From positions 109,122,001-109,186,000 of the forward strand of contig NC_045696.1 of NCBI RefSeq assembly GCF_009834535.1: 64,000 bases of DNA, given 5' to 3'. Each line of letters begins with the position of its first letter. Positions within the stretch are counted from its first letter, which is position 1. Of this stretch, positions 62,646 to 64,000 are shown in pieces. The notes under the pieces were generated by a model that did not search any database, was not told the origin of the DNA, and saw nothing but the letters and a program-made list of their open reading frames with translations. The position numbers were made by a program, and so were the translations under genes. Origin of the DNA: Camelus ferus (lineage: Eukaryota).

Positions 62646-64000
62646 TTCTGCCCTCTGCTCCCTGTAACCGATGCACCTCTGTCCCTGCTGACCTCAGAGG
62701 ATACACTCTCTCTGTGCCTCTCCAGGGTCACTTCTTTGTCCCGGTGTCGGATTCCATGTCTCCCCCAGCACCAGCCACTTTGGATTTGGGCTGGTGTTGG
62801 GGGAGGGTCTGCCAAAAGAGTCTGGAAAAGCAGGCCAGGCAGCCAAGACCCACTGCTTCCAACAGAATTTAGCCGAGGACTAGCCTAAATATGGGCAGCT
62901 TTCTTCACTGCCTCTGATTCTGGGGCCATCTTACTTCCCACCAGGATGATAGACTGGACTCCAATTGTCCACTGCCTGATACCTTTTCAGATCAGTCTTT
63001 CTTTCAGCCTGTCCTCACTCATGTGGGTGCCTTAAACACAGATATGGCTTCCTTCCTGCTGGAGGTTTCAGACTTCAGAGGGAGCAATACTATTTATGGA
63101 GTCTCCCTTGCACATTTGACCACAGGTTTCTTGGAGCACCCCACAACAACACACCCTGAGAGCTTGTGCACAAAATAAGCCAGTTATCAGGATGTTTCCA
63201 TCCTGTCCGGGCCAGCCTTCTCCCAAATACCAAGGTTTGGGAAGACAAGGTGGTGTCTCAAGGGAGAACCAGCAACCTCCTGGAACTGAAGTTCTAAACC
63301 CCCAAGCCTCGAGTCTTCCTGTCCAAAGTCTTGGCTGCAGCCCTGCAGTGCCTGGGTAGCAAAGCACCGTGTGTCCTTTAGTCACGGAAGCCCCCCCATC
63401 CTGGCTTATCCTGGGAGGATGTACGTGGACCCGGCCCACAGCAGGGAGAGCCAGCCCTGAAGTCACAGAACCAGCTGAACAACCCTGAATTTGCCAGCTT
63501 CCTGCCCAAGTGCCCACACCAGTCCTGACATGGCCCGGCATGAGCCACCTCGGTGAGAAAAACCAAGAGGAGGTCCAGACCAGCCAAACTGGGAGGAAGG
63601 AGAGACCAGCACCTTCACCCGGGCCCCACCGGGCAGGAAAAGAGGTGAAAGGCCAAAGCCCAACCCCTTGGCCAAAGAAGGCAGGAGAGGAGAGGTCAGG
63701 AGAGGAGAGGGCAGGAGGGCGATGCCAGCAGAATTCTGGGAAATGGAAAGCAGAGAGATGAGGGCTTAGCTTTCCCTCACTGCGGGGTGTTCCGGGAGGG
63801 AAAGAAGCAAGCTGGGCAGAGCCTCAGACACTCTAAGCAAATGGAGTCCCCAGCATCTCCAAGACAGAGGTGAGTGGAGGCTGAAACCCGCGGGTGGGCT
63901 GAAAGCCTTATGAAAAATGCACCCTCGGAAGACCCCTCCCTCACCACAAGAAGAAGAGACCACCCATCCCCCGCACCTCCCCCTCCAATCCCCGCAGCCA

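Noticed and set aside
1..64000. CRISPR array, operon or prokaryotic defence system
   Set aside because: The sequence is mammalian; there is no regularly spaced repeat-spacer array or gene-dense region.

Overview
Mammalian genomic DNA, very probably camelid (Camelus/Vicugna/Lama). The basis is nine copies of a tRNA-Ala(AGC)-derived SINE resembling Vic-1 and cetartiodactyl-type young L1 3' ends. I found no credible protein-coding exon: the ORF track consists of chance ORFs and decayed L1 fragments. A large fraction of the window is interspersed repeat (old and young L1, L2, MIR, MaLR/ERVL/ERV1 solo LTRs, MER DNA transposons), often nested and with readable target-site duplications (TSDs). Two CpG islands stand out. 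The one at ~2.05-2.7 kb has a strong RFX X-box, a T37 tract and a minus-strand splice donor, and is probably the promoter and non-coding first exon of a gene running left out of the window, which I cannot name. The one at ~45.6-46.15 kb has GC boxes and SOX sites but no ORF. The best leads are (1) an ~815-bp non-TE, polyadenylated, TSD-flanked insert at 36.5-37.3 kb (3'UTR retrocopy or orphan transduction), (2) a young L1 inserted almost at its own homologous position in an old L1, (3) a second X-box and several motif-dense candidate enhancers, and (4) a + strand bias of L1/SINE insertions suggesting minus-strand transcription. I see no evidence for a novel multi-gene system. Repeat family names come from recalled consensus sequences, not a database search, and boundaries of old repeats are approximate.
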